64,000 bases of DNA from Macrostomum hystrix. Taxonomy: Eukaryota; Animalia; Platyhelminthes. The stretch spans positions 5,022,001-5,086,000 of the forward strand of contig CATNEN010000003.1 of NCBI GenBank assembly GCA_950097015.1, read 5' to 3'. The stretch's first letter is position 1, and every line of letters starts with the position of its first letter. Shown piece by piece: positions 24,399 to 38,400 of this stretch. The position numbers and the translations under genes were made by a program. The notes below the pieces were generated by a model. It did not search any database. It worked only from the letters and a program-made list of their open reading frames with translations, and had not been told where the DNA came from.

Positions 24399-27300
24399 TC
24401 AGCATCCTGAATCTCCTGGTGGTAAACTGTAGTAAACATCTGGCTCCAATCCGGCCCCTGAACTAGCATCAGCGAAATCATCAGTTTGAGCTTCAGGGGT
24501 TGATTCGGTCAGAGTCTGAGCTGAGTGTCCTGGTGTGGTTTGATTAGCAGACAATGTCGAATTTCCAGCTTTGCTAGCAGTTGATTCGGTCGGAGTTAAA
24601 GCAGTTTCATTATGCGTCATTTCTACGCCTGGTTCGCTTGGATTATAGCCGAATGGAATATCATTGTTGGGATAATCATTCAAACAAGTGTGATAATTAT
24701 CCGCATCAAAAAGTGCTCTAATTTTAGCCGCGTCTTCGCTTGATTCTGTTGGACTTTCAGGTGGAGTAGCGGTGTCCTTATTGGAAGTGGTCGACGAACT
24801 AGACGTCTTGCCATCCTCCCCAACAATAACTGATCCAGTGGGAGCAGTCCCTGAACAACCAACTGCATCCCTTTTATTGTCAAATTCACTTCTTTGTTCG
24901 TCTATGGTCTGATGGAATAATTCTGCAGAAGTTCGTCCAACAGTGTTCACATCCTCAACTGTTTTTTCAGGTTGTATTTCGACTAGTGCTCCAGTTTCCA
25001 CTGCTGGACTGAGCAATGCTTTGTTACTGTTTGATTCTTTGTCTTCTTTTTGGAAACTATTCTCATATTTTGAAGAGCGCTTATTAAGACCAAAGCAAGG
25101 CCATTTTAGTTTGAACGTCCAAACTCCTGTCAGCGTGAGTAAAACTAGGATCCCGAATATGGCCGCTAGGATGGCGAGTCCGCTGACAACAGGATGCAAC
25201 TGTCCAGATCTTGCAGCTGCAGGGGTAGTAGATAGGCCGTATGAAATATTAATGGGGCTTCCAATTAGAAAACTGCCCCAACTGCGGTTGAAGAGGCTGT
25301 CCAATGAACCAATGCCGCATGCGTCAACAAGCGAAGATGAAGTGGCGTTTTCAGAAAACTTAATAAGAGTCAGCATTGAACTACGGCAGTCGTGAAACTC
25401 TAGGACCATCGTGTCAGATTCGCTAGCTGCCAGTGAACCGCACGGACCTGACACGACTTCGTCTGACAGCCTGAAGTTGTTGCAGAGTCACTGAGCTTCA
25501 TGCATTTGTATGCAATTCCTAAAGTAAGGATAAGGTGTTACAGGACTTACTTAAATGCATCCAGTCTGGAAACTGGTTTCAGCGCGCATGTACCGCTGTC
25601 ATTCCTGACCAATGACAACACCGTGGCATCGGCTGGTCTGTGGAACAGACCTACACGCACTGGCTGGCTCAAACTTAGCGGCCGTCTATAGGGATGCATG
25701 AGCAGCTTGTGAGCGTCTGAAAACGATCGAGCATCAGATTTAAAACCAAGCAGCCCTATTGACTTGCAGCTCAGTGGATGTACCAGCTGTAAAATGGGTA
25801 CCACCATCAGATGGGTAATTAAGGTTTTGTGGCACCTTCCTGGGTCCTCAAACACAGTACTTTTGTCTCAGAACTAGCTATTATTAACATTGGAAAGACA
25901 CGGGGGATATTTCAAGTACCTCCCCCTGCTCCCAAACCGAATGACCAATTTTCGTGAAATATTCCTCCATTTGAATCTAAACTTTCCACCCTTCACGATC
26001 AACCAACTTTCAAAGCCGCCCGACGTCAGATCGTCGAGATATTCAGCGATTTTCGTCGGAGACCCAGGCAACAATGAATGAGACGAGATTCTCTCATTCT
26101 CTCGAGGTCTTACAACTCTTAAATCAGGGGTCAGCAAACTCCGGCCCGCGGGCCAGATGCGGCCCTCGAAGCTCCCAAATCCAGCCCGTTGCCCCTTCTA
26201 ACATCTGCAGTGTCCTGTTTCATCTCTCCCGTGTCTAATCTATCCCGTGTCTAATCTCTCCCGTGTCTAATCTCTCCCGTGTCTAATCTATCCCGTGTCT
26301 AATCTCTCCCGTGTCTAATCTCTCCCGTGTCTCATCTCTCCCGTGTCTCATCTCTCCCGTGGATCATCTCTCCCGTGGATCATCTCTCCCGTGTCTCATC
26401 TCTCCCGTGTCTCATCTCTCCTGTGTCTCATCTCTCCCGTGGATCATCTCTCCCGTGTCTCATCTCTCCCGTGTCTCATCTCTCCCGTGGATCATCTCTC
26501 CCGTGTCTCATCTCTCCCGTGTCTCATCTCTCCCGTGGATCATCTCTCCCGTGGATCATCTCTCGCGTGTCTCATCTCTCCCGTGTCTAATCTATCCCGT
26601 GTCTAATCTCTCCCGTGTCTAATCTCTCCCGTGTCTAATCTCTCCCGTGTCTAATCTCTCCCGTGTCTAATCTCTCCCGTGTCTAATCTCTCCCGTGTCT
26701 AATCTCTCCCGTGTCTAGTCTCTCCCGTGTCTAATCTCTCCCGTGTCTAGTCTCTCCCGTGTCCCATCTTTCCTGTGTCTCATCTCTCCCGTGTTTCATC
26801 TCTCCCCTATCTCATATTTATACAGTCAATGCGGCCCCCTGTTGTCTTTTAGGTTCTCTCTTTGGCCGGCCAGCAAATAAGTTTGTCTACCCCTGTCTTA
26901 AATAAAAGATGTGACTCTTAGATTTCTCCCAGATAAGATTTGTAAGTGATAAAAAGATGCACCATACAACTCACTAGCCTTCACGAAGCTGTTGATTTCA
27001 GCCTGGCTGCCGAAGCTAGCGACCTCTGCATAGCCTCCGAGGCTCGCGATGGCTGCATCGAGGCTTTGAGGCACTTGGCTAATAGCGTAGCAGCTCCCAT
27101 TGTGGCTGAGCATGTTGGTGTCGCACAGTCCGGGAAGCACCAGTAGTATTCTGAGCTGGACCTGGCTAACGCTCTGAGTTCGGGGATCCCAGTTGGCTTC
27201 AACGGTCAGTGGCAGACTAAAATATTTGTTTGTCATTCAGTACCGTTGATGAAATATTCAGCTGGCTTCAAAATTATCACTTCAGCTGACAAATTATCCC

Positions 27301-29044
27301 ACCCTGGTAAATTGTCTCCCGAGCTGACAAATTATCCTACCCTGGTAAATTGTCTCTCGAGCTGACAAATTACCCCCTATTAGATTGTCTCCCGAGCTGA
27401 CAAATTACCCCCTATTAGATTGTCACCCGAGCTGATAAATTACTCCCTATTAGATTGTCACCCGAGCTGACAAATTACCCCCTATTAGATTGTCTCTCGA
27501 GCTGACAAATTACCCCAGCTATTAGATTTTCTCCTGAGCTGACAAATTACCCCCTATTAGATTGTCTCCCGAGCTGACAAATAACCCCCCTATTAGACTG
27601 TCTCCCGAGCTGACAAATTACCCCCCTATTAGATTGTCTCCCTAGCTGACAAATTACCCCCTATTAGATTGTCTCCCGAGCTGACAAATTACCCCCCTAT
27701 TAGACTGTCTCCCGAGCTGACAAATTACCCCCCTATTAGATTGTCTCCCGAGCTGACAAATTATCCCACCCTAGCAAATTGTCTCTTTTGTATGAACTTA
27801 CATTTCCCTTAGCGGTTGTACAATAAAGATTCCCGGAGTGATGGCTATGCTCTTCTTTCCTTTGTAGCTAAGAACTGGATAAGTTAGATTGCTCGTGTCG
27901 TTTCTCGACCAAAATCCTTCCCCTCCAGGAGTGGGTTTAGTTGGCATTCCTAGCACAACTAGCTGGAGATCTTTTCTGGTGGAGCTTCTCATGCCAACTG
28001 TCCACTTGCAGCTCTTGTAGCCCAGCCTGCTCTCTACACGCTCGTCTAAGACAGCCGGGATAATAAACTCCTCCCTGTTGTTGAACTCGTCTAACTGTAC
28101 GGCTGTCGTTAATCCGTTCGTGCAGTAGTTATTGGCAGCCTGACACCTGCAGCGTTTAATGGTGTATTTTTAGTCTCCATGCAATGCTACTATAAGTAGA
28201 ACACTGCAAATAATGATAATAATTGCAGGAGGGCTGCAACAAGCACATCACACTATAGACCCGTAGCCAGCGAGGAGACAGTTCTTGCCCAATTTCGTTG
28301 ACACACGCACACACACACCGTACGCAGGCACACGCTCACACAGGTGTGTACATCTTCCCTGACTTTCTCATCTTCAGGCAGTGTACACTCTCACTGTGCC
28401 TTGGAGGTTGGTCCTCAAAGGTGTCAATTGCACGACAAGCCCCCAAGCCTTCTCTCCGCGGCTGTGCCCCAAATGAATGTGGCCTCGCCGCGGAATCGAG
28501 CTCAGGGACCTTGGCGCAATAGGCAAAAACGCGTTAACTGCTCTGCCACTCACCCGCTTAATCATGATAATTTTTATATCGCAAACCTGTATTAATAGCC
28601 TACTCATCTCTGATTGGTTGAATCTTGAACGTGATGTACACACAGTTCATAAATTTGTATAAAAAAACTGTCGTTTTATCAATCTCCTCAGCAAATTGTT
28701 TTTTTATATCGTGGAATTTTTATTCCACGTCTCTAGAGTCTTACGTCCTGCTTAATCCATGTTGAGCTGTAACTAACTGCAAGTCTATCTTGGCTTTTAG
28801 ATTTAGTTGTTTAAAACACGCAGTCGATAAATGAATGACTAAATCATTTCTAGTGAAGCCTCGCACAAAAAATAGTAGGTTATTGATTTTCGAAATGCCA
28901 AACTCACTCTGTATGCGACAGTACCACAGTCAGAAATAATATGAACGCGTCGATTACAAGTGCGTCCTGAAATGCAGAAATATATATTACTTGCAATGGA
29001 TAATAACAATAATGAACAACATTCATTACTGATCAACTTACCAT
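24399..29044 (-). CDS. Paralogue B: type I membrane protein, CUB-like + CTLD-like + TM + cytoplasmic tail (~628 aa)
   Basis: Exons 29044-29042 (ATG|GTAAGT), 28966-28908, 28146-27802, 27216-26975, 25716-25551, 25470-24399; 1887 nt. Signal MDALVIDAFILFLTVVLSHTE; TM VVSGLAILAAIFGILVLLTLTGVWTF. Confidence 0.82.
26125..26895 (+). mobile_element. hAT MITE copy 2 with ~0.6 kb internal 16-bp array
   Basis: TIRs CAGGGGTCAGCAAACT/AGTTTGTCTACCCCTG; TSD TCTTAAAT at 26117-26124 and 26896-26903. Confidence 0.92.
27283..27785. repeat. ~35-bp minisatellite (GAGCTGACAAATTACCCCCTATTAGATTGTCTCCC) filling an intron of paralogue B
   Basis: About 14 copies between exons 3 and 4. Confidence 0.92.
28205..28558 (-). 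mobile_element. SINE family 1, near full length
   Basis: Reverse complement begins GGGTGAGTGGCAGAGCAGTTAACGCG (A-box), then GCTCGATTCC (B-box); body matches the other copies. Confidence 0.78.
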
Positions 29045-29679
29045 CCTGACTGGTAATTCAGGTTGGCAAGGGTTGTATCAGATAGAAAAAGGTGCTTCGT
29101 CTAAATAAGAAGGCCAGAGAAATATCTTGTAGAAGAAATCGTTTTTCGAATGACAAGAATTCTCTCTCTAAATAGAGAGAAATAAGGAGAGCGAAACACA
29201 CATTGAATTGTACATTGTATATAGGTATCTTTTGCTAACGATACTGCACACTTTTCAGAGGGTAAGAAAGTATAAAATAATTTATTTTTATGTCCACTTG
29301 GCAAACTAGTTCGAAGGAATGAAACATTTCTCTCTAAGATGAAGGGTTGAGCTCTCATGCAGTGCTATAAAACTTGTACACATCATAACTAATAAGAAAG
29401 TGTAGTGAAATTGTAGCGCATAGTTAACCTATAGAAATGAAACGAAACCGAGTTTACGCGTACTCGTAATTACGAAAATGACGTATTAATGACGCATTTT
29501 AATGCTGAATTGAAGCTTGCGTGGCAGGTGACTGGTGCGAGCTGTGTTTAAAGGGATGCTGTGCTACTAAAACATTGTGACTAACACTTTAACTATCGTT
29601 AACGTTACTTTTCTTGGCCAACTAGATAATTTTTTATTCATCGATTTAATATACTTATAGCATTCTTCGTCTAAGACAG

Positions 29680-30830
29680 CTCGCACCGGCGGGACACAGC
29701 GCCTGTGAGGAATGAGTAAGTCCAGGCCCACGGGCTAAGGTCTACGATGCCTCACGCCTGCAGTCGCTTTTCGAGCAGGCTTGGCAGGAGGGCGCCCTGT
29801 GCATTCAGGTGCAGGAATCCCTCCACGCTGTCCCGTCAGCTGGCCCATGGGTACACGTCCGCGTACAGGTCCAAGGCAGCAGCGCTGGACGACCCATCCA
29901 GAACATCTGGCCGAAATGGTACCTCATGCCTCGGCTGGGGGAAAGGTGTAACTTTTTGACCTTAACAGGGCATGCGGTTTCCCAATCGCAGGCGATCGCG
30001 CATGCCCTCCAATATCCCAGTGTCTGACCGTGCTGATGAACGCTTGGCCCAGGGAGTAGTCTGGCCGCTAACGGCTCCTCCCGGTGGCAAAGGCCTTCCA
30101 CACCGGGTTGTCTCTATTTTTTTTTGCTTTTTGGAAGGCCCGATACTCAGTTTGGGAAAGCGGCTGAGTTGAAACTCCTGATGTCAACACGCGCTGGCCA
30201 CAACAGGGACATCCCAGAGCCTGTTGCACCCTCAGCCGAAGGGGCCGCCGCCCCAAAGCTCAGCGCTACTTCCAGAGCGTCCCGCTGTAGACGCTGGAAG
30301 GAACTAGCTAAACAACGGGCCCAATCGGAAGGCAAAGCCAACGTTAAGTAAGCGAATCAGGCGCCTAGCAAAGAGGTGGCCCCTTTAGCGGGGGCCGTGG
30401 CTGCCTAGGGCCCCGTGCCCATGGCAGTAGCGGCTGCAGCTGGCGGGGCGGCCTCTGAGCAGAGCGCATGGACCAGTGTAAGCGCTCCAAATGCTGAAAC
30501 CCAGGAGCCTAGCGTGGGGTTGGCCCCGTTGTCAGGGGCCGTGGAGGCTGAGGGCCTAGCGCCCACGGCTGCTGCGGCGACTGATGATGGGGCTGCAACC
30601 GAGAGCGCCCTTCATGTCATTGCGGAGACACTGGAACGAGCAGTGCTGGGTTCCGGTTTTGCTCTTTCGAGCCTTCGAGAATGTTCTGTTTGAAGCCTTC
30701 AACAGAGCTCTTGAGGCCAGGGAGACGCACCCGCACCTCACTCGTTGGATCATGTAAATGATCCGGAACCGTACTGTTGTGGTCCTTTACGTTGTCATCT
30801 ACACTTTCCATTGCAAGTGTCATGTTTTTA
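29680..30830 (-). pseudogene. Degenerate GC-rich fragment, possibly non-LTR retrotransposon ORF1 (CR1/L2 esterase-like)
   Basis: Broken ORFs with stops. - strand FLHLNAQGA resembles SGNH block V (DxxHLNxxG) found in CR1/L2 ORF1. Weak support. Confidence 0.3.
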
Positions 30831-31045
30831 ATGGATTTATCGATATTGAAATGATGCTATTATCAACTCTTGTTATTACAACATTATAACTGCTATAATT
30901 GCTATTACAACAAAATAGTTGGCTATATTACTTAATGATGGGTATGGATTAGGCCAGCCTCGCCTAGATTTGCCTAGATTTGCCTAGATTTGCCTAGATT
31001 TCTGTCCCGGTAGTTTAAGTAGCCCCTGGCCGTGACCCTCTAAGT

Positions 31046-31578
31046 CAGGGTCGGCAAACTTATTAGCTAGCGGGCCAAAAAGAGAACCTAAAAGACGACA
31101 GCGGGCCGCGCAGACTGTAGAAATCTAAGAGAAATATATCAGAGATAGGGGAGAGATGAGTAACAGGAGAGATGAGAGAGAGAAGAGATAAGACACGAGA
31201 GAGATGAGACAAAGGAGAGATAAGGTACGGGAGAGACGAGACGATGGCGAGATGAGACACTGGATAGATGAGACACGGGATAGACGAGATACGGGAGAGA
31301 TGAGACACGGGAGAGGTGACACACGGGAGAGATGAGGCAGGGGAAAAGGCGACACACGGGAGAGATGAGGCAGGGGGAAAGGCGACACACGGGAGAGATG
31401 AGGCAGGGGGAAAGGCGACACACGGGAGAGATGAGGCAGGGGGAAAGGCGACACACGGGAGAGATGAGGCAGGGGAAAGATGAAACTGTATACAATAGGT
31501 GTCGGAAGGGGCAACGGGCCGGATTTGGGAGCTTCGAGGGCCGCATCTGGCCCGCGGGCCGGAGTTTGCCGACCCCTG
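31046..31578 (-). mobile_element. hAT MITE copy 3 (inverted) with short internal array
   Basis: TIRs CAGGGTCGGCAAACT/AGTTTGCCGACCCCTG; TSD CTCTAAGT at 31038-31045 and 31579-31586; internal unit has become a ~33-bp dimer. Confidence 0.92.
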
Positions 31579-32469
31579 CTCTAAGTCATTGGAAGCCCAG
31601 CAAGTCATTGCACTAAGTCATTGGTGCATCAGTAGAATTAAAATCATAGTCACACAAGTGAAGAGAGTGAAAGCCTTCTTTTCTTTTACGCGTTTTGTAG
31701 AATTTTTTTCTTAGAAAGTAGCATTATTTCTTAGAAAGTAGTTAATTTACTTTATTTCTTGACTTAAAAAGCGGTAGCGCAGCAAAGCCATTAGGGAGCA
31801 AACAAGCAAGAATGGAAATCAATATGTCGTGCGCTTATTCTGATCTGCAATTGTATTGAAGCTATATAATCAAAAGTAGCATAAGAGTTCGATTTAACAT
31901 GTAGAATAAAATGTGATGAATTTCACTAGAATATAATACTTTTCACTTGAAAAACTAAGTTTACTATTTTGCCTGAAACTAGTATTAAATTAAAGCTGGT
32001 AAAACTTACGTGAGTAAATTTTTTAACACCTATAGAATTAAAAAAATTAGCATTACCGAATATAGCAGTATCTCATGTTCGAGCTCACTTTCCCGCTGAT
32101 GATTAATTGACGTTTACAGATATTATGTGCAGGAGACATACTCGCAAAATTTATGTACAAATAGTGCACAAAATGGAGCTATTGAATGCTAAAAAAGGCT
32201 TATAATTGTTGCAGAACACAATGCTGCATTCTGAACACAATTTGCAGTTTCTGGCAAGTTAAGTTAGTTTGTTAGAGCTATAAGGAAATCAACAGATTTA
32301 AACAGTCAACACTATTCATTTTGTTGAGAAAAGACTTTTCTTTGTTAACTAAAAGGAGAAGCGGATAAATCGATTAATGAAATTCTCATTTTCGAATTAT
32401 GGCAATGAACAGCTTAAAGACAGTTTTTACGGCTATATATTCCTTTCTGGTCAAAGCTGAGTTACATTC

Positions 32470-35400
32470 CTATTTAGGCAGGAATCCTATTTTTGAGTCA
32501 TCCTGTTCAAAATGTTCTTCGCCAAGTTCTTCAGCTTGCATCAGCTGACATGTTTGGAAATCATCATTGCCTAAACTTGAAAATGTTGGCATCAATTGAC
32601 TGCCCTGCTCCTGGGATGGATCAGCGATGCTGCTGTCCTTCTGATCTTGTTTCCGAATCGCTGCAGCCGCTGGCAAGTTTCTAGGTACATTCATTGCGCA
32701 AGTTTGAAATTCTTCTTCTGGAGCGAAGCTCTCCGGTTGATTTTCGAGCGATGCCTCCGGGATGTTCGAAAGATTTGAAGCACGAAACATACGCTCAAAC
32801 TCTTCGGGTGTCAAAACGTCTTCTGAAGGTGTATCGGCAAACATTGTAGGAGGACCGAGAGTGCTAGGAGGCTGTTCAAAATATAAAGATGGTGATATGA
32901 GAGGATGTGAGTCGGGAGCATTCGAAACAGCCGAATTTCCTTGCTCTACTCTGTGCGAAGGACTTTCTCGTTGTGCAAACGATTGAATCGGTCGAATCCC
33001 CACTAACTGAATATTTTCCGGTTGTTGTATTTGGCCAGCAGGAGCACGTCCTGGAGGTCGCGACGTTTCACCATTTTCATCGGTTCCGGTGCGACAAGGA
33101 AGTTGTCTTCTTTTGAGAAGGACGATGATTAATATGACAATGCCGAGCGCAACAACAAGAGGGATAACAACTCTTACAATCACTGCCACATTTTTAGACG
33201 ACTCATTTTCCTGTTTATCATGAACCGTATCGGTCCTGTTTAGTGGTCCATCAGTTACTGTTGCAGGACTGACCGGAGGTGCATCCTTTCGTTGAAGGAA
33301 CTCGTCAACAATCTTCGGGATGTTGCAGTCCTTGAAGGCTAACTCTTTGCTTCGGTTGTTAGGTGTCTCTGGAAACATTATAAATGAAAACTTCTCGCTA
33401 TTGCAGGTGTCCAGCTCGAATGTCACGCGGTTCGAAGTGTCGACTTTCATAACAGCGCAACGACCTGTTGACGATTCCACAGGTAATCTGAAATTTTGGG
33501 GGTCGGTGGCAGAGCGGTTAACGCGTTTGCCTCTCGCACCAATTTCCCTGAGCTCGATTCCGCGACAACGCCACATTTATTTTCATTTTCAAGCCGAGAG
33601 AAGGCTTGGGGGCTTGTCTTGCAATTTACGCCCTTGAGGGCCAACCTCCAAGACACAGTGAAATGTGCAAGTACAATGTTTGACGATGAGGAAAGTCAGA
33701 ACAGATGTACACACCTGTGTGAGCGTGTGCCTGCGCACAGTATATGTGTGTGTGTGTGCTCAGGAGTCAGCGAAATCGGCAGAATTGCCTTCTCGCTGGC
33801 TGCGGGTCTAGTGTCACGGTAAACGATGTACCATTGCCCGCAGCCTTCCTGCAATTATTACTAAAGTTTATTATTATTATTACGAGTAGATTCTTTTTTA
33901 AGCTGAAATGTTTGTTACCACACAACAGCTGGTCAAGAAATAAACAAATAAATATTTATTAATTTGCTTCAGACTTACCTTAAGTCACGTGCAGTCGCAA
34001 TCGGTTGGAGACTGCAGGAGACGCTTTCAGTATTTGTCACGGAGTACAATGCCTCTGCGCCCTGATAGTAGAACATGCCCAATCGCACTGACTCATTAAA
34101 GATCAGAGGTTGCCTGTAGGGATGCCTAAACACTCTCTCTTTGTCTGAAATTTCAAATATTAATAATGATTCACAGAAATTCCTATTTGGGTTATAAAAT
34201 CGAATAAATTTTTTTTTTTATTAAAAAAATATTTGTTCGGTTTGCAACAAATTTATCTAAGAAATATTCGCTCTAACCAAAGAGCTTCCTGAATTCTTTT
34301 CCCGATATTGGCCAGCTAAGGCTTGCGTGCTAAACATTTTTCTGGAGAGCACAAGCCTGGTCAGGACCCACTCCACAAATAATGAACGAGGCGACCAAAG
34401 GTGGCGACCAAAAATTCAAGGTGGCGCCCCTCACCCTCTACCCAAGCAAAGGTGGCGCCCCTCCCCAGCAAAGGTGGCGCCCCTCCCCCAAGCAAAGGTG
34501 GCGCCCCTCCCCCAAGCAAAGGTGGCGCCCCTCCCCAGCAAAGGTGGCGCCCCTCCCCAAGCAAAGGTGGCGCCCCTCCCCAGCAAAGGTGGCGTCCCTC
34601 CCCAGCAAAGGTGGCGCCCCTCCCCCAAGCAAAGGTGGCGCCCCTCCCCCAAGCAAAGGTGGTGCCCCAACCCAGCAAAGGTGGCCCCCCTTTCCCCAAA
34701 ATCCAAAATGGCACTGCCAGAAATCCAAGGTGGCGCTTATGAAATACTTCAGGCTTTGTATCTGCAGGAGATGTCGGAGAATCATTTTTAAGAAACAGTA
34801 AAACAAATATTTAGAAATGCACATCAGCTCACTGGCGTCAGTGAAGTTGCGCAGCTCTATCGAGCTACTAAAGCTGGCCAGTCGGGCATCACCGCCCAGG
34901 CGTGCCATGGCTGTGGTGAGATTTACGCGACTGTCGCTCCGAGCGTAGCAGCTGCCCTTGAAGTCGAGCATACTGGCGTCGCATAGTCCAGGAAGGACCA
35001 CAAGGATTCTGAGCTGGACTCGGCTAGGTGTTTGAGTTCGCGATTCCCAGCTGGCTTCAACGGTGAGCGGAAACCTGGTTATGACCGCATTGTGTTTTTA
35101 AAACTGTAGAAATTCCACTGCCCGAATTTCGAAAACACTCATTTTTATTTTCTATGTAGCTCCCAAAATATTCAATCGATAAGAATCCTAAACATGGGAC
35201 GTTTTACCTCGTTTCAGCCATCTGCAGCCTATCAATATTGTAGTTAGCCTACGCATGTTAAAACGAGGTTGAAACGACAGCCCGCCGTTGCTGTTGAGGT
35301 GTGTCTACTGTTAACTAATCACCAATTGGCTTTTAAAATGCGAGCGAGAAAAATGTTCTCACATTCGTTCTATGCTGGCGACATAGAAGGTTCCTGGCTG

Positions 35401-38400
35401 CACTCTGAACTTTTCCCCACTGAAACTGACAATCAAGTCTGCAGGTGTCTTCAGATCATCCTTGGACAGTGATGGACTATCAACATTAGCTTTTTTAACT
35501 GGCACTCCCAGTAGGACGACTTGATGATTTGTTAATGAACTCTCAACTGTCCATCTGCAGCTCTTGAAGGTCTGGAGGCCGTCATCGATGTAGTCTAGTG
35601 GGGTGGGAACTATCATTTCGTCCCTGTTATACTTGTCATCCATTTTGATTGGCATTGTCAAGCCGAACCTGCAATATTGATTTGAAGCTCGACAGCCTCG
35701 GCAGCTGAAATCAAACAAATAAGTAATTATTAACACGAATAAAACATTTCTTTATCAACTAAGGTAGAATTGAGACAGGGTAGAATTGAGACGGGGTAGA
35801 ATTGAGACGGGGTAAGAATTAAGATGGGGTAGAATTGAGACAGGGTAGAATTGAGACATGGTAGAATTGAGACGGGGTAGAATTGAGACAGGGTAGAATT
35901 GAGACGGGGTAAGAATTGAGACGGGATAGAATTGAGACGGGGTAGAATTGAGACGGGGTAAGAATTGAGACGGGGTAGAATTGAGACGGGGTAAGAATAA
36001 AGACGGTTAAGAATTCAGACGGGGTAAGAATTAAGACAGGGTAGAATTGAGACGGGGTAGAATTGAGACAGGGTAGAATTGAGACGGGGTAGAATTGAGG
36101 CGGGGTAAGAATTAAGATGGGGTAGAATTGAGACAGGGTAGAATTGAGACATGGTAGAATTGAGACGGGGTAGAATTGAGACAGGGTAGAATTGAGACGG
36201 GGTAAGAATTGAGACGGGATAGAATTGAGACGGGGTAGAATTGAGACGGGGTAAGAATTGAGACGGGGTAGAATTGAGACGGGGTAAGAATAAAGACGGT
36301 TAAGAATTCAGACGGGGTAAGAATTGAGACGGGGTAGAATTGAGACGGGGTAGAATTGAGACAGGGTAAGAATTGAGACGGGATAGAATTGAGACGGGGT
36401 AGAATTGAGACAGGGTAGAATTGAGATAGGGTAGAATTGAGACGGGGTAAGAATTGAGACGGGATAGAATTGAGACGGGGTAGAATTGAGACAGGGTAGA
36501 ATTGAGACGGGGTAAGAATTGAGACGGGGTAGAATTGTGACGGGGTAGAATTGAGACGGGGTAGAATTGAGACGGCATAGAATTGAGACAGGCTAGAATT
36601 GAGACGGGGTAGAATTGAGACGGGATGGAATTGAGACGGGGTAAGAATTCAGACGGGGTAAGAATTGAGACGGGGTAGAATTGAGACAGGGTAGAATTGA
36701 GACGGGGTAGAATTGAGATAGGGTAGAATTGAGACGGGGTAGAATTGAGACGGGATAGAATTGAGACGGGGTAAGAATTGAGACGGGGTAGAATTGAGAC
36801 GGGATAGAATTGAGACGGGGTAGAATTGAGACGGGGTAGAATTGAGACGGGGTAAGAATTGAGACGGCGTAGAATTGAGACGGGGTAGAATTGAGACAGG
36901 GTAGAATTGAGACGGGATATAATTGAGACGGGGTAGAATTGAGACGGGGTAGAATTGAGACGGGATAGAATTGAGACAGTGTAGAATTGAGACGGGGTAA
37001 GAATTGAGACGGGGTAAGAATTAAGACGGTTAAGAATTGAGACGGGGTAGAATTGAGATGGGGTAGAATTTAGACGGGGTAGAATTGAGACGGGGTAGAA
37101 TTGAGACGGGATAGAATTGAGACGGGGTAAGAATTGAGACGGGGGAAGAATTGAGACGGGTAGAATTGAGACGGGGTATAATTGAGACGGGGTAGAATTG
37201 AGACAGGGTAGAATTGAGACGGGGTATAATTGAGACGGGGTAGAATTGAGACGGGGTAAGAATTGAGACGGGGTAGAATTGAGACAGGGTAGAATGGAGA
37301 CGGGGTAGAATTGAGACGGGGTATAATTGAGACGGGGTAGAATTGAGACTGGGTAAGAATTGAGACGGGGTAGAATTGAGACGGGGTAAGAATTGAGACG
37401 GGGTAGAATTGAGACAGGGTAGCATGGAGACGGGGTAAAATTAAGAAAGGAGATGGGAAGGAAGATACTTCACAAAATTAAGGGAAAAATTATCGGACTG
37501 AGGGGGGAGACAATATACAGTGACGAACAATTGACAAAATAGGGAACTTACTTGATGTAAATAATCATGAGCCAGTACAGCGTGTTCCATTTGCGCCTAA
37601 CAACCTGCAAAGTATTAAATTTCAGCCATTTCGGTGCGAAATTTTGCCACACGTGTTCGTTATTACCCAGTTGTTTATCAAAAGATTTTCAGACAATCGT
37701 CACACTATCAGGTTTACCAAACAGTGAAATTAATAAAACAATAAAATAAACTACGCAGCTTGACAGTTCCAATGCAGTTTATCAATTTACCAGTTTATCC
37801 CCTGTCTCAATTCTCCCCTGTCTCAGTTCTCCACTGTCTCAGTTCTCCCCTGTCTCAGTTCTCCCCTGTCTCAGTTCTCCCCTGTCTCAGTTCTCCCCTG
37901 TCTCAGTTCTCCCCTGTTTCAGTTCCCCCCTGTCTCAGTTCTCCCCTGTCTCAGTTCTCCCCTGTCTCAGTTCTCCCCTGTCTCAGTTCTCCCCTGTCTC
38001 AATTCTCCCCTGTCTCAATTCTCCCCTGTTTCAGTTCTCCCCTGTCTCAGTTCTCCCCTGTCTCAGTTCTCCCCTGTCTCAATTCTCCCCTGTCTCAATT
38101 CTCCCCTGTCTCAATTCTCCCCTGTCTCAGTTCTCCCCTGTCTCAGTTCTCCCCTGTCTCAGTTCTCCCCTGTCTCAATTCTCCCCTGTCTCAATTCTCC
38201 CCTGTCTCAATTCTCCCCTGTTTCAGTTCCCCCCTGTCTCAGTTCTCCCCTGTCTCAGTTCTCCCCTGTCTCAGTTCTCCCCTGTCTCAGTTCTCCCCTG
38301 TCTCAATTCTCCCCTGTCTCAATTCTCCCCTGTTTCAGTTCTCCCCTGTCTCAGTTCTCCCCTGTCTCAGTTCTCCCCTGTCTCAATTCTCCCCTGTCTC

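Noticed and set aside
33497-33570. tRNA gene
   Set aside because: A/B boxes only, no cloverleaf; it is the head of a dispersed SINE.
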